Shown in pieces: positions 43,626-56,579 of a stretch of DNA of 64,000 bases. Numbering within the stretch: the stretch's first letter is position 1; each line of letters starts with the position of its first letter. The notes under the pieces were generated by a model that searched no databases, was not told the DNA's origin, and saw only the letters and a program-made list of their open reading frames with translations. The position numbers and the translations under genes are program-made. The stretch comes from Octopus vulgaris (lineage: Eukaryota): positions 1,426,001 through 1,490,000 of the forward strand of contig OX597824.1 in assembly GCA_951406725.2 (NCBI GenBank). The letters run 5' to 3'.

Positions 43626-43847
43626 AGTACCCTTATGCTGCCAGAGCGATAGAGTCCACTACCGCTAACAATATGTTGTAAACAAAGTAGCAAGTTATAA
43701 AATCTCAGAGACAGAGCGGTGACGTATACTGAATAGTAAAAAGAGAGTAGACACATGCGTGTGGCAGTTGAATGCTACTACTACATTTTTATATTTAAGA
43801 CATGAAGAATTATCTACATTATTTTCATTAGACTGATATCTGTCCTC

Positions 43848-43989
43848 ATCTTGTTTGTTGTTAATACAACGTAACGTTCGGCAGATATACCCTCCAGCCT
43901 TTATCAGGCGTCTTGTGGTTTCCCCAAGACACCTGATGAAGGCTGGAGAGTATATCAGCCGAAACAGCGGTGTTAACAACAAACAAGAT
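43848..43989. repeat. Hairpin made of two opposed decayed hammerhead units
   Basis: 43848-43915 is the near reverse complement of 43925-43989. The plus arm reads gacac-CTGATGA-a-ggctg(gagagtatat)cagcc-GAAA-cagcg-gtgtt. Confidence 0.8.
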
Positions 43990-44054
43990 ACGGAAACATA
44001 ATTCCATTAAATGTAAATAATGTAAAGAATATTACTACTAGTTTAACAAGCAGA

Positions 44055-44131
<77 letters not shown>

Positions 44132-44247
44132 TGTATGTGTGTGTGTATGTATATATATTGTGTCTGGGGAGAGTCACTTTCTTTTTGTGCCTTATAATAT
44201 AACACACTCACCGGTAAAATTTCCACTTTTTTCTTATTTTTATTTTT

Positions 44248-44284
44248 CTAAAATTTTCGTTGCGTCTTGCAACCTTTTCAATAG
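44248..44284 (-). ncRNA. 37-nt minimal hammerhead motif, U3:A8 variant, intact core
   Basis: cta-TTGAAAA-g-gttgc(aagac)gcaac-GAAA-at-TT-tag. Confidence 0.6.
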
Positions 44285-44301
44285 TTTTATCGAAATACGA
44301 A

Positions 44302-44353
<52 letters not shown>

Positions 44354-44402
44354 ATACATACATACATACATACATACATACATACATACATACATACATA
44401 CA

Positions 44403-44438
<36 letters not shown>

Positions 44439-44476
44439 TGTGTATGTATGTACCTATGCATGTATAATTATAGTGT

Positions 44477-44760
44477 TGGCGCGTAGATTAGTGGTTATGG
44501 AATTGGGCTTACGATCGTTAGGTCCTTGAGCAAGACTCTTGCTCCTGTCCACTCACCTGGCAAAAAGAAGCTGCACCTGTAATTCAAAGCGTAGCTAGCC
44601 TTGTGACATTCTGTGTGACGCTGAACCTCCACGATAACAACGTTAAGGGTACGCTTGTCTGTGGAGTACTCAGACACTTAAACGTTAATTCCACATGCAG
44701 GCTATTCCGTTGATCGAATCGACTGGAACCCTTGTATTGAAAACCTCGCCGTCGTAACAG
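44477..44760 (+). mobile_element. Family C SINE
   Basis: ggcgcgtagattagtggtta head, gtccttgagcaagac CORE-like segment, body shared with 8668-8870. Confidence 0.75.
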
Positions 44761-44793
44761 ACGGTATGTGAGCTATATTTACACACACACGCA

Positions 44794-44863
<70 letters not shown>

Positions 44864-45234
44864 TATCGTTGCTATTATGCAAAAGTGTCGTAAGTCCAAA
44901 ACGTTGCTTTTTCAGAAAAGGAAAAAATAGTTTCGCCATTCCATTTCTTTTTACATTAGCAACAATTTCAGCTTAACAATAATACTTCGTTATGGGCATC
45001 CTAACTCAGAAATATTTTTTCAAAACTGTCTATCGTATGTGGGACTTACTACACTTTTGAACAATGCTAGACCATTTTACAACACTTTGACAATTTTCAT
45101 CTCAAGCAGATGGATATGCGATAGTGTGGCCAAAAGAAGCGGCTGTTGCAAGGAAAATTAAATATTGGAAAAAAACAAACAAAAAAAGGGCATTTGACCA
45201 AATTTGGACATGCAACAGTTTAACATAATAGCAG

Positions 45235-45284
<50 letters not shown>

Positions 45285-45285
45285 G

Positions 45286-45327
<42 letters not shown>

Positions 45328-45753
45328 ATATATATGTATGTATATATACATATATATATATGTGTATATGTATATATATGTACACATACATACATGCATA
45401 CTCTCACATAATTATATGCATACAAACACACGTGCTCACACAGATACACACGTGAACATATAGAGATTCTGTAATTGATCGTTGGGGTTGGCGATGTATC
45501 TATGAATATGTTTATATATACCAAACTACCCACAAAACGTGTATGCCAGAAGTACACAGCTATGCATGACCGTGCCCAGTGTACCCTGATAGGTACGTGT
45601 TTATATACGCATACCCGTTCCTATAATTGCTTGCCTTTCAGTTGCACTGTTTATCCTCCGTTATATCTATTATCAGCCCTTGCCATCATCCATATATATT
45701 CCTTTTCTCTTTTCCTACCGCTTCTGTGTCCGTAACTTCGCCTGTATATATGC

Positions 45754-45801
<48 letters not shown>

Positions 45802-46284
45802 TCATACGTGTGTGTATGTGTATTTTATACTTATACGTACATATTATGTATTTTTTTACTCAACCTTCTGTGTCTTTACCTGGCTGTTTCTCTTTAACTC
45901 AGCATTGTGCACACCTACATATTGATTGTCCCATCCTCGGCTCATTTTCACATAGCTTGTATTTCATTGCATCTGCTGATTGTACATACATGCACGCTTA
46001 AGCAATCATATCAAAGTGTATACATACATACATTACATACATACATATATTTGTATCTCTTTGCCTCTCTCTATATATTTTGTCATTTTATACGAACACG
46101 CATATATACTTATACGATCACATAAATGTCACCTGATAGTAACAACAAACACACACACACATATATGTATATACACACACATATACATATGTATATACAC
46201 TCCCTATATATATATATATATATACGTGTAAACATATGTATATGTTAGTGTGTGCATCTGTCTATAGTCCTCTCTTTCTCTCTC

Positions 46285-46346
<62 letters not shown>

Positions 46347-46358
46347 TATATGTATATT

Positions 46359-46426
<68 letters not shown>

Positions 46427-46760
46427 ATAATAATAATAATGTGTACAGTGCTCAGGTGCACTACAACTCATCTAAAGTGTATATGTATATATATATGTAT
46501 GCATACACATACACACACACACACAAAAGAGGTAGTCTATATTTCGTATTGTTATATAAAATGCTAGACGCGTGCGCATACCAATATATTTGTTTACAGT
46601 GGCGTGTATGTCTGCGGATGTGTGTGCATTTCTCTGTATATGTTATTGATCTACCAGTTGATTACTACGAACCGATGTGTCAATATAAGAAGATATAGGA
46701 AGGGTAGTTGTCGAAGCATCTATACAAACTGATTTATTATTATATTAAAAAGAAAAGTAA

Positions 46761-46801
<41 letters not shown>

Positions 46802-46815
46802 CGTTAAATATATAC

Positions 46816-46872
<57 letters not shown>

Positions 46873-47394
46873 CTTAAATATATACGTATGTGTATGTATG
46901 TATAAATATATATCGAAAGCGACTGCTCTTTTCAATTTCAATGAATGCCAGTAATATTATTCTTGTCTGTCCTATCTTAAATAAACCTGAATATGAAAGC
47001 TACCGTACAAATGAGAGACACTTGCACCTGTTGTGTTAATTGAATGTCAGCATGTGAATTCGACCGACTTTATTTCTGCCGAAAGGAAAAGTTTCAACTA
47101 TTGATAAGGAATATTAATAATATATTTATATCTCTGGCATCTCGATCGTTTTTTCGACATTTGATATATAATGTTGATGTATAAGACGACGTAATAAATT
47201 AATATTTTGTATAGTGAGGGCGACACAGCTTATCGGATACGATTTCACTTCCCACTTAATAAATGGATTACGATTCAATCAACAGACGTTTGATTTACAA
47301 ATCAATCCTGGAAACTATAAACACGAACCATATTATATTTAGGGAAGATGAAGGAACATTGTGTTAGCATCATAGCCTCCTTACATCCGTTATT

Positions 47395-47692
47395 GTTTGT
47401 TCCTTTTCAAGCCATGCCTATCTCATTAGGGCCGGTTTCCCGGTTTCCTTGGTGTATAGGTTCCGCACCTGGACGGGACGCCGGTCAATCGCAGGTGAGC
47501 TGCAAGATGGAGGAGAGTGAGAGAAAGTTGTGGTGAAAGAGTCAGCAGAAGTTCGCCATTACCTCCTGCCGGAGCCGCGTGGAGCTTAGGTGTTTCGCTC
47601 ATAAACACACACATCACCCGGTCTGAGGTTCGAACCTGCGATCCCTCGACCGCGAGCCCGCTGCTCTAACCATTAGGCCATGTGCCTCCACC
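47395..47692 (-). mobile_element. tRNA-derived SINE (family D) with TSD
   Basis: Head tggaggcacatggcctaatggttagagcagc...ggttcgaacc; TSD catccgttatt (47384-47394, 47693-47703). Confidence 0.88.
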
Positions 47693-48047
47693 CATCCGTT
47701 ATTAGCACAACTAAAAACCACCATTTAGGTAAGACGAAGGAACATGGTGTTAGCATCATAGCCTCCTCACATCCGTTATTACCACACACTAAAAACCACC
47801 ATCATATTTCTTTTTACACATTTAAATTCTAAAATTGTTAAATATTTCTTCGTCCGAATCATAAGTCCGCTAGTATCAACATATCCACAAATAGACTATC
47901 TGGGACTGATCGGCGTTCAGATTGATGAAAACTAAGAGGAAGCCTAATTGTCTGAAAATGATTATTCGTATGTTTCTGCTATTATATCTATCTTCCCATT
48001 AAATCAAATATATGCATCTGCTATGTTTAAACAAATATGACACTTAC

Positions 48048-49416
48048 CATAGAACGATGTGTTGAGGAGATATTTTTTTAAGAGGACTTCACCATCAATC
48101 TTTTTCATTCGTTCACAAAGTTTCGTCGTTCTAGGGCAGACATCTTGTTGCATCCTATGTATTGCTAAAGCCATTGCGTAGACGGCGTCGTAAATAAACT
48201 GCACTTTGCCCTCTTGTTTGTAGTATCCAGGTTCAAGGGTTTCGTCGCCATTGCATATTTGACGTGGCATTTCATTTATAAGCAATGGTACCGACCGCTC
48301 TTCAGTCTTCCATTTACAGTTGTGAACTTTTTCCCAATACTCCGTAAACCATGGATTTCTTGTATTCAGATAAGGGTCTAATCGTTGAAAATAATCATCA
48401 AATTGAGGTATTACCGTTGAAGTAAGTTCTATAGTCAATGCACCCTCTGCTACTTTCTCGTTGTTTTTAACTGGATGAGGTTGACGACCCCAGGCATCAC
48501 TAGCTATCCATACAAAATGGTTTGTAACGTTCATTCTTGTGGCTGACTCGAGTATGCTGGTCGCATCCTCGATGCGGACAAAGAGAATAACAACTCTTGC
48601 ATTTTTCTTCTCCAACAATCTCCTGATTATGTATTTAAAAGTTTCGGTTTTTGAATTGGTAGGAATTTTAACAGTAGTAGCTATACAAATATTTCTCAAA
48701 CGAGCCTCCTGTTGGAAATAATCAATTCCCGATTCACCATAGTCTCCTTGTGATGCAACCGTTGAAACATATGTCCAGTTAAAAGCTTGGACGAGTTCAA
48801 CCATTGCTATTGCTTGGAAAGTATCCGGTGGCACTGTACGAACAAAATAATCAAATCGCGTTTTATCACTTAGGGCTGCACTCGTTGATGCATAGCTTAT
48901 TTGTGGTATGTGAAAAAGTCTTAGAAGGTTTGCTACTTGTAACGAAACACTACTCGAAGAGCCACCAATAACCCCTGCGACAGCTGTTGGAATATACTTC
49001 GCTTTTGCTCGCGACCCATCCTCACACTCAAATTCAGATGCGTCTAATGTACTGATAGATGCCCTGACGAATTCAAGGGATTGCTCGAGGGCATACGTTG
49101 CTCGAGCACAGGTGTCATGAATCGCCGCACCTAACTTGATTCCAGGCAGGATTGAAGCATTTTGATTGATGTGGTCTACCGTAAATAACATTGCTTCTAA
49201 TCTCTGAATGGCCCTTTGCACATCTATTTCACCGCATGGTTTATCCCCTTCACCTTTTTGGTGGACAGGAAACAATCCCCCAAGAATAATATCTCCTGGA
49301 ATGAGAGCTTTTCCTGTTTTATTGTCTGGGGCGACGGAAAATGCGAATGAAACCCAAACCAAAATTGTAAGAACTAAACTGAAGTAAAGACGGCGGAGTT
49401 TACGTCTTGAGTTCAT
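48048..49416 (-). CDS. mGluR: Metabotropic glutamate receptor, first coding exon (signal peptide + Venus-flytrap domain)
   Basis: ORF 48004..49416 has class C GPCR motifs GDIILGGLFPVH, IQRLEAML, VIGGSSSSVSLQVANLLRLFHIPQISYASTS, RTVPPD, WIASDAWG, RNPWFTEYW, DAVYAMA and an N-terminal hydrophobic signal. Donor G|GTAAGTG at 48048/48047; 1369 nt = 456 codons + 1 (phase 1). Confidence 0.97.
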
Positions 49417-49658
49417 TTTGCGGTCAATTCTTCTATAAACTGAAGTTTCGTAGCTTCTGTATAAAACCTCTTGATTTATAATGAAAATAATACGTCATAT
49501 TGTTAACGTTGACAGAGTTGGCATTAATTGGAATTTAACATGAGATTTTGCTCTTATAATTGCAGGAAACCGTCAGACTAATTTTCATTTCAATGCACAT
49601 TTTCTCTTCTTGAAGATTCCTGTATAACAGCTGCATTCCGTTGATGAATTGTGTTTAT
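49417..49658 (-). other. Probable 5' UTR part of the first mGluR coding exon
   Basis: Strong polypyrimidine tract and AG (TTTTCTTTTTCTTCTTTTAG) ending at 49659 on the minus strand, 242 nt upstream of the ATG. Confidence 0.6.
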
Positions 49659-52600
49659 CTAAAAGAAGAAAAAGAAAAGAGAAATTATGTTATACACCAT
49701 ATGTTGATGACATATTGTAAAACTAATATAAATACATTTTATTAGAGTACATTAATCAACTTGTTATCATTGTTATTCTAGTCTGTGTTTCTTTCATTAG
49801 TTTTTGTGATATATTATTGGAAGCGAATTATATGTAATAATACACAAACTCAACTATATTTTATACGAGATTTAATAATAATTTTGTATTTCTTATACGT
49901 TTTTACAGTTCAACGATTAACACCTTGCATCTTTTCTTTGCAAAATGTTGCCACACACGAGGAAGAATTGACCTTATCACATCATGTAAAAGTTGTGTTA
50001 CTTTTTTGTAGTGAGTTCATTGTTGACGGTGACGAAGTAAATGACCTGGTTTCATGTTGGATCAGAGCAATAGGTGAGAAGTTGTTTTGAAAAGCAAAAA
50101 TCATATGTACATATTTTAGATTTTCATTCAGTAAACAAATAAATATAATATTGCTGTTGTTGATACGAGAAATATATTAGAAAAGCCACGTCGTATATGT
50201 TGTTGGATAGGATTACTATAATATGTTTCTGTTTTTACTAAGCGAGGGCAGCATTTCTCGTTAACCTTCACCCGTGTTAACAGCTTACGAAGAAGCACAA
50301 ACCACTCGTCGCTCGTGAGCGAATGAGTTTTCGTAGTGTATGGCTTGCCTCCGCCTTTTCGCGAATTGTTTTAGGTACCAATGCAGCGACGAGTAGACTT
50401 AGGAGACTCTCTCAACCTCTTTTACCCTTGACCCAGTGGAGTATCTGGGCCGTGGCATGCATCAGCATCTCAGCTGTATTCATTACATATGTGTAAACTA
50501 GAGCAAGGTGAACGGAAGCTTATCGTTCAAGGACACAATACGATGACCAATTCAAGATGTGAACCTTTGAGTTTGAGGACCAAACGCTTTCATTAGCAAC
50601 TTGCGTGCATCACAAAATTTAAGTTTCATATTTTTATATTAAAACAATAAGGCGACATTGTTTTTTCGGTAAGGGAAATTTTTAAGGTAAAAAAGTGGTA
50701 AAAAACAGATGCCACAATGTAATGTTCGGTGTTTTGTTAGGCAAGCGAGTGAAACAACTTTATGTTAAAAATTTGAAGTACATAGTCGAAGATATGGCCA
50801 AAGATAAAGTCCAAATAGCCAAAATCTTTGGAGCGACCGAAAAGATGCTTTGCAGTGTTTCTATTCGGATCTTTACATTGAAATTTCCGATGAGTTCATC
50901 GTTGTCTTTCAACTTTCCGGAGATGGAAAGAAATGCTGTATTGGATGATGAAGTGTTAGTTGTTTGAAAAAATACATGATGGTCATGGCTGACGTGTCTT
51001 TAATTAATGCTCTGATTATCTGTTTGGTTACTTCTGATCTAGGGTCAAACAGTAACAACAACAACGGTGAGGACGACGACTACGATCCACACCACCACCG
51101 CCAGCTGCCTTCTAACAACAACACCAACACCACAGCTACTAATACCGAAACGTCAACGTTGACAACCTTCACAATCACAACCACCATCACCGCTGCCAAC
51201 ATGTCGACGACGACTCCGACCTTTCAGCACTACCACTGCCACCACTATCACTGCCACCACCAGCACCCAACAACACTACCACCAACACGTCGACGACGAC
51301 GATGACGATGACCACCACCACCACCACTAATACAATCACCATACCATCCACAACGCCACTCAACCATCACCAACACCCGTATCTACGCATTCGCGAGGAA
51401 AAAACGTAATGTCTGGCCTGTCGCTCGAAATGCTGAACATAACACTCAAATCTCACGCAAAACACATCCTGATTGCTGTCTTTCAAAATGAAACAAAAAG
51501 TAGGGTAAGTATTGATTGAACATTTAAGTTGCTAGGTAGGAAAAAGATGAGACAGCCTCGGCCGGAACGCCAAATTGGGACCATGCTGTAGCATTTCACT
51601 CGTTATGCGCGCCATTGTAACACCATACCGTAACCCTCGGTCATTTTGATTTCATCGCATTACTATTTATAATAGTTATATTATCAGACTTTCTTTTCTG
51701 TTCGACCTGCATTGACCAAAGCCGGGTTATGCAAACTATTGAACACTGCTTGCTTATCTAACTGGTTATGAATGGTTTATGTCGATGTTCAATACCCTGG
51801 CTGTTCCAATCAATTGATCTAAATACAGACAGTGATCTTTTGTGTTTATAACCAAGCTTTTCGTATCCAATGCATTCAATCGATCCATTGATATAATCAT
51901 AAAGTGCAGAATTATTGATCTGTTTCACTGAATCCTATGTTATATTAGTATAATGGGTGCAGTTTGTCACATAACGTCGCCTGCTATGTTCAATACATTA
52001 TATGTTGTTTCAAAGACGGCTTTCTGTTTTTGTTGTAGTTATTGTTGTCAAGCATTACCGTTGTAATACTGACAGAGCTAATGGCGGTAGGAGTAGCGAT
52101 TGTGTTGGCGAAGCTGTTGGTGTATTGGCAGTTAATAGCAATGTTGAAGGTGTTTTGTCTTGTTCAGTTTTTAGTTATTTGGTCTCAAGTCGTAACCCTT
52201 GATAAAACAAAACTTTAATTAATAGCATTTCAAGGGGTTGCGTTCTATGCCTTGACCCGAACATAGGACGGGGCGCACCTCTTTGAGCTGGGAAATAAAT
52301 GGAATGCCTGGTGTGCCTTGTTGTAGTTACTCCCTCCTAAAAAAATGGGTAAGAGACCTGGGTATATATAAAAACAAATATATATACATTTCAACCGATG
52401 AGACCATCTCGTCCTTTTAACCGTCCCAAAAGCTAAGACTAAAACTGACGGCCTCTGTCCTTTCTTTTTAATAGACACCAAACTGTGAATTAACGGAGAA
52501 TTAACAAATTAGCGGTTTTTTCTAGCACGTTAACTGACCGTTTGGAAATTCTCTGTTTTGCTGGGGATCGCTGTGGTTCATGCCCTTATCAGACCTGATC

Positions 52601-52959
52601 CAGTAAACCTATTATAGTTGTGACTTACCCTTATTTCTATTCCTTTTCAACCAGATGTGAGATCAAGATCCAACTGGATGGCATCCCAGTCTTTTACTGG
52701 AATTTGTCTCATGATTTGTCGATGCATTGCCGAAATAACGAGAAGGCATCTATGTGGTCGCACTCTCTGTTAAAAATAACAACAAAATCTCCTGACGATT
52801 TCACACCTTTATATACGGAAAAAGAAGGAAAGGAAAGTTTGGATAACGCAGCCCTATAATACGTCGTTTCTTCACCCTAAGATCTAATTGTGGTTTTTAA
52901 CTAATCGAGCCACCTCTTGGATGCTACTCTGAGTATTGTTACAGAGAATGAATTTTGTG

Positions 52960-53147
52960 ATTGGTTCTGTGATTGGGAAGCTCGCTTTCAAACCTTGTGA
53001 TTTTGGGGTTCAGTTCCACCGCGTGACAAATTTGACAAGTGTCTGCTCCTACAGCCCCAGGTCGACGACCAGTGCCTTGTGAGTGAATATGGTAATCAGA
53101 AACTGTGTGAAAGTCCATCGTATATATATCATATGTATATATATATA

Positions 53148-53231
<84 letters not shown>

Positions 53232-53490
53232 CACGTATGCGTATATATACTTTTATGTGTATGGGTGTGTAACAGTATGCGGCTTTGTGTTTAACCCCAC
53301 CGCCCCGATTAGAAACAGGTGCTGCCTTTCTTTAAGTGCCAGTTGCTTAACGGTTCGGCAAAAGAGGACGATAGAATAAACACTAAATTCAGCTACAAGT
53401 ACGGGGGTCAATTGAAATGACTGGCCCCCTTCAAGGCAGTGCTCCAGCATGGTGACAGACCTATGAAATAAACAAGTAAAAGTTAAAACA
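52960..53490 (+). mobile_element. Older family A SINE with expanded internal TA/TG microsatellite
   Basis: ggttcagttccaccgcgtg, gccttgtgagtg, microsatellite, then cggttcggcaaaaga and gtgctccagcatgg. Confidence 0.75.
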
Positions 53491-54569
53491 CGAGAAAGCA
53501 ATAGACGAGATGGGATCTGCGCAGCGGCAGAGAAATTATTTTATTTGATTTCGTAATTTCGTGACTTATTTGCAGTTGAAACCCGGCCGAGATCAACCAA
53601 CTTTTTTTTATTTATTCAAAGATTGATAAAATCAGCAGCTGCAACAAACTGCAAATCGATTCAATCGATTCAAACCTTCTTCTGCAAATTTGTCGATTTC
53701 CACTAATTAAGAAATTGATAAATGGAATATATATATTTTATTATATAAATTCATGGCTGTTAGTTGTTTTCTCATATTTTTATATTGCAGATATTAATGG
53801 CTGCTTTCATTTTGCTTGATAATGGCTACAAAACGAGTTCCAATTCGCTAGAGATACTAAACATACAAGCTAAATATTCCTCAAAGTACACCTTTATATC
53901 TTTCAAAGGCGATGGTCTCATAAATTGTTCAGTTCCTAATAATAATTAAGAAAAAAGAATGGAAGGCCTTCCCGGGACATCGGCTCATAAGGCCAGTTCC
54001 CAGGGGAAGAATATATACGCCTGCACGCTTGTGTGGTTACTCGTTTTTGCCAATTGAGTGGACTGGAGCAACGTAAACTGTTTTGCTGCTTAATGAAAAA
54101 CCCATAACACATTGCCCTCGTCCAGGAATTGAAATCACAATCTTACGGTCATGAGTGCAAGATCTTTACCACTCAACCACGCGCCGTAACTCGATTACAA
54201 ATAACACGATCAATAATACGGCATGAATCTTATCAACTGAACCAACAGTTAGTGAATTGTTGTAGTGAACGTGACTCTGTTCATAGTTACGATAATATGA
54301 GAACAAAGCTGGTGAAATATAGATGGCGCTGATGGTTGGAGCTATTATTTTTATGACGGTGGATGCGATGATGAAAGTAGAAAATTGTACACGAGCGAAT
54401 TTCCGTGTATGTTTATAGGTTTTAGCAGTTATAGTGTCTTTATTAATGTCTTCTTGATGTTTTGGTGTTGTCTTTGTGGCAGCGTTCCTTGTAATGTTTT
54501 ACAGTCACCACAAAGATGGTTGCGATTTCTGATTGGATGAAATCGTGCGCATGAGCTAAATCATTTAAT

Positions 54570-54930
54570 TTACTCGTTCGTTTCAATTATTGGACTGTGG
54601 CCATGCTGGAGCGCCCCACTTCGAAGTGTTCCACCGATTAATTCGATACCAGTACTTACTGTTTTATCTCGCACTTGTATCCCATTTTGCCGAACCCGCC
54701 AGGTTACAAGAATTTACACAAACACAAAGCCGCACATACAGTGAGAGATACACACGCACATACATGTTCCACTGGCTTCCACTCAGTCTCCGTCGAAACT
54801 TATTCCCCAAATATTGAACAGCCCACGGCTATTGGAGAAGACATTTGCTCAACGTAGCGCACAGTGGAACTGAACGCAAAAACCAAGTAACTGCAAAGCG
54901 AACTTCTTAACGACAGAGCCATGCCTGCAG
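54570..54930 (-). mobile_element. Diverged family A SINE
   Basis: gactgtggccatgctggagc, ttttgccgaac, gaagacatttgctcaa, cagtggaactgaac. Confidence 0.7.
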
Positions 54931-55358
54931 CTTTGGATAAAATAGAGATACATCTATAAATATGAAGGCAAGACTGATAAGGATTATGGAATTGGTAAGA
55001 GGGTGGAAGGGAATAAGATGGTATATGGTGATGGGAATGAAGGTTCATAATCCTTCATTCCTATCATTTGAAGAATTTCCATTAACAGAAAAAAAAGCAA
55101 TAAATAAATGATGAAAAATAAAAACGAAAATCAGCGGAATTCCAGTTCTTTGAAGAAAGAGTTGCCGGGAATTTGCTGAAATGAAACGCTAATCTACCAC
55201 TGAGATTTCTAATCAATATCAATTATTGATCCATGGAGTGTTGGGTGTGTGAGTCAATGCGCTTGCCTTCATTATTAGTTATAGAGTTTATATTTCTGCT
55301 GAAAATCGAAACACGCCACTCATCACCTGTTTCATTTAATGCTATAATTTATCTTCAA

Positions 55359-55395
<37 letters not shown>

Positions 55396-56536
55396 TCTTT
55401 AGTTATGTTTTTCATTTTGTATATCTCTCATGCTTCTAGTCTTTTTCCTCTCCTCTAATGCTATCGCCCCCTCCCGTATTCCCCCCTCTCTCTCTCATTT
55501 GTACTCACTCACCCACTCACTTCCTACTCTTTTCCATTTCTCTCTCTTACTCTTTCTGTGTTTCATACTCTCTGTGTCGCCCGCTGTTTCTATTCACGTA
55601 ACGTATAATTCGCAACTGGTATGGTTAGTATAAAAATACCATAGATTTATAATCAATAACTGCAAAAATTAATATTAAAAAAATGAAAACAAAAACCAAC
55701 TTTGAATGTAGCCGAGGGCGCTGCAGTAAACTGCTGTCTTGAATTCCTTCCATTTCTAGGAACCAGAAACGTACTTGTATGTAACGAGTTCAAATCTAGC
55801 ATAAGTCAACTTTGCATTGTTTCTGTCGATGTGAATAGAGTAACGAAGGCGGTCTATGCACGACCTTTTGATTTGCCAGAAATAACAGTCACTGTCAAAT
55901 CCATTTCTGAAACTGAGATACATTGAACACTAATTTTTGATAGAGAAATACAAAAAGACGAGATGGCCATGGACAAATTTGATTGTATCTCTGCTTATTC
56001 ATAGCTGAAATGGAGCTAAACACGAAGTATTATCGAATTATGTATGAGGTCGGTTCGTTATCATTGTACTTTCTATCTCAACTACAAATCGCTGAATATA
56101 TTGAAGGGGTTTCTGCAAATGAGGAACTTAGAGAAGAAGTAAAAACACAAACTATGACTTTGATCTGTGTTGCTATGTAACTGAAAATTTTAGAATCCAT
56201 CAGAAACTAAATGAAATTAAACAAATTAAACAACCTATTCTTAAAATCTTACCAAGAAATATTTTTTCTCATGTTAATAAATATCCCTAACTAATTAAAG
56301 TACAATTTATTTCTCATAGGTTTTATTGTTTTTAATTAGCTTGAAGGTATCGAAATGATGGTCATTAAAGTGTAGGATAGAATGCCTTCTGGTATTCGTT
56401 ATGTGTCCCTTCGCTATGGGCTGAAATCCTGCCGAGACCAAATTTGGTTTTCATCTTTTCAGAACCAATAAATGTAGCACCGGTTCACTCCTAGAGTTGA
56501 GTCGACTCGAATCTTTTCTTTCTTTCTTTCTTTTTT

Positions 56537-56579
<43 letters not shown>

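Noticed and set aside
47620-47692. tRNA-like sequence with A and B boxes
   Set aside because: It is the head of a SINE with TSD, not a stand-alone tRNA gene.
50964-51305. 113-aa Thr/His/Asn-rich ORF
   Set aside because: Degenerate trinucleotide (ACC/AAC/GAC) tract.
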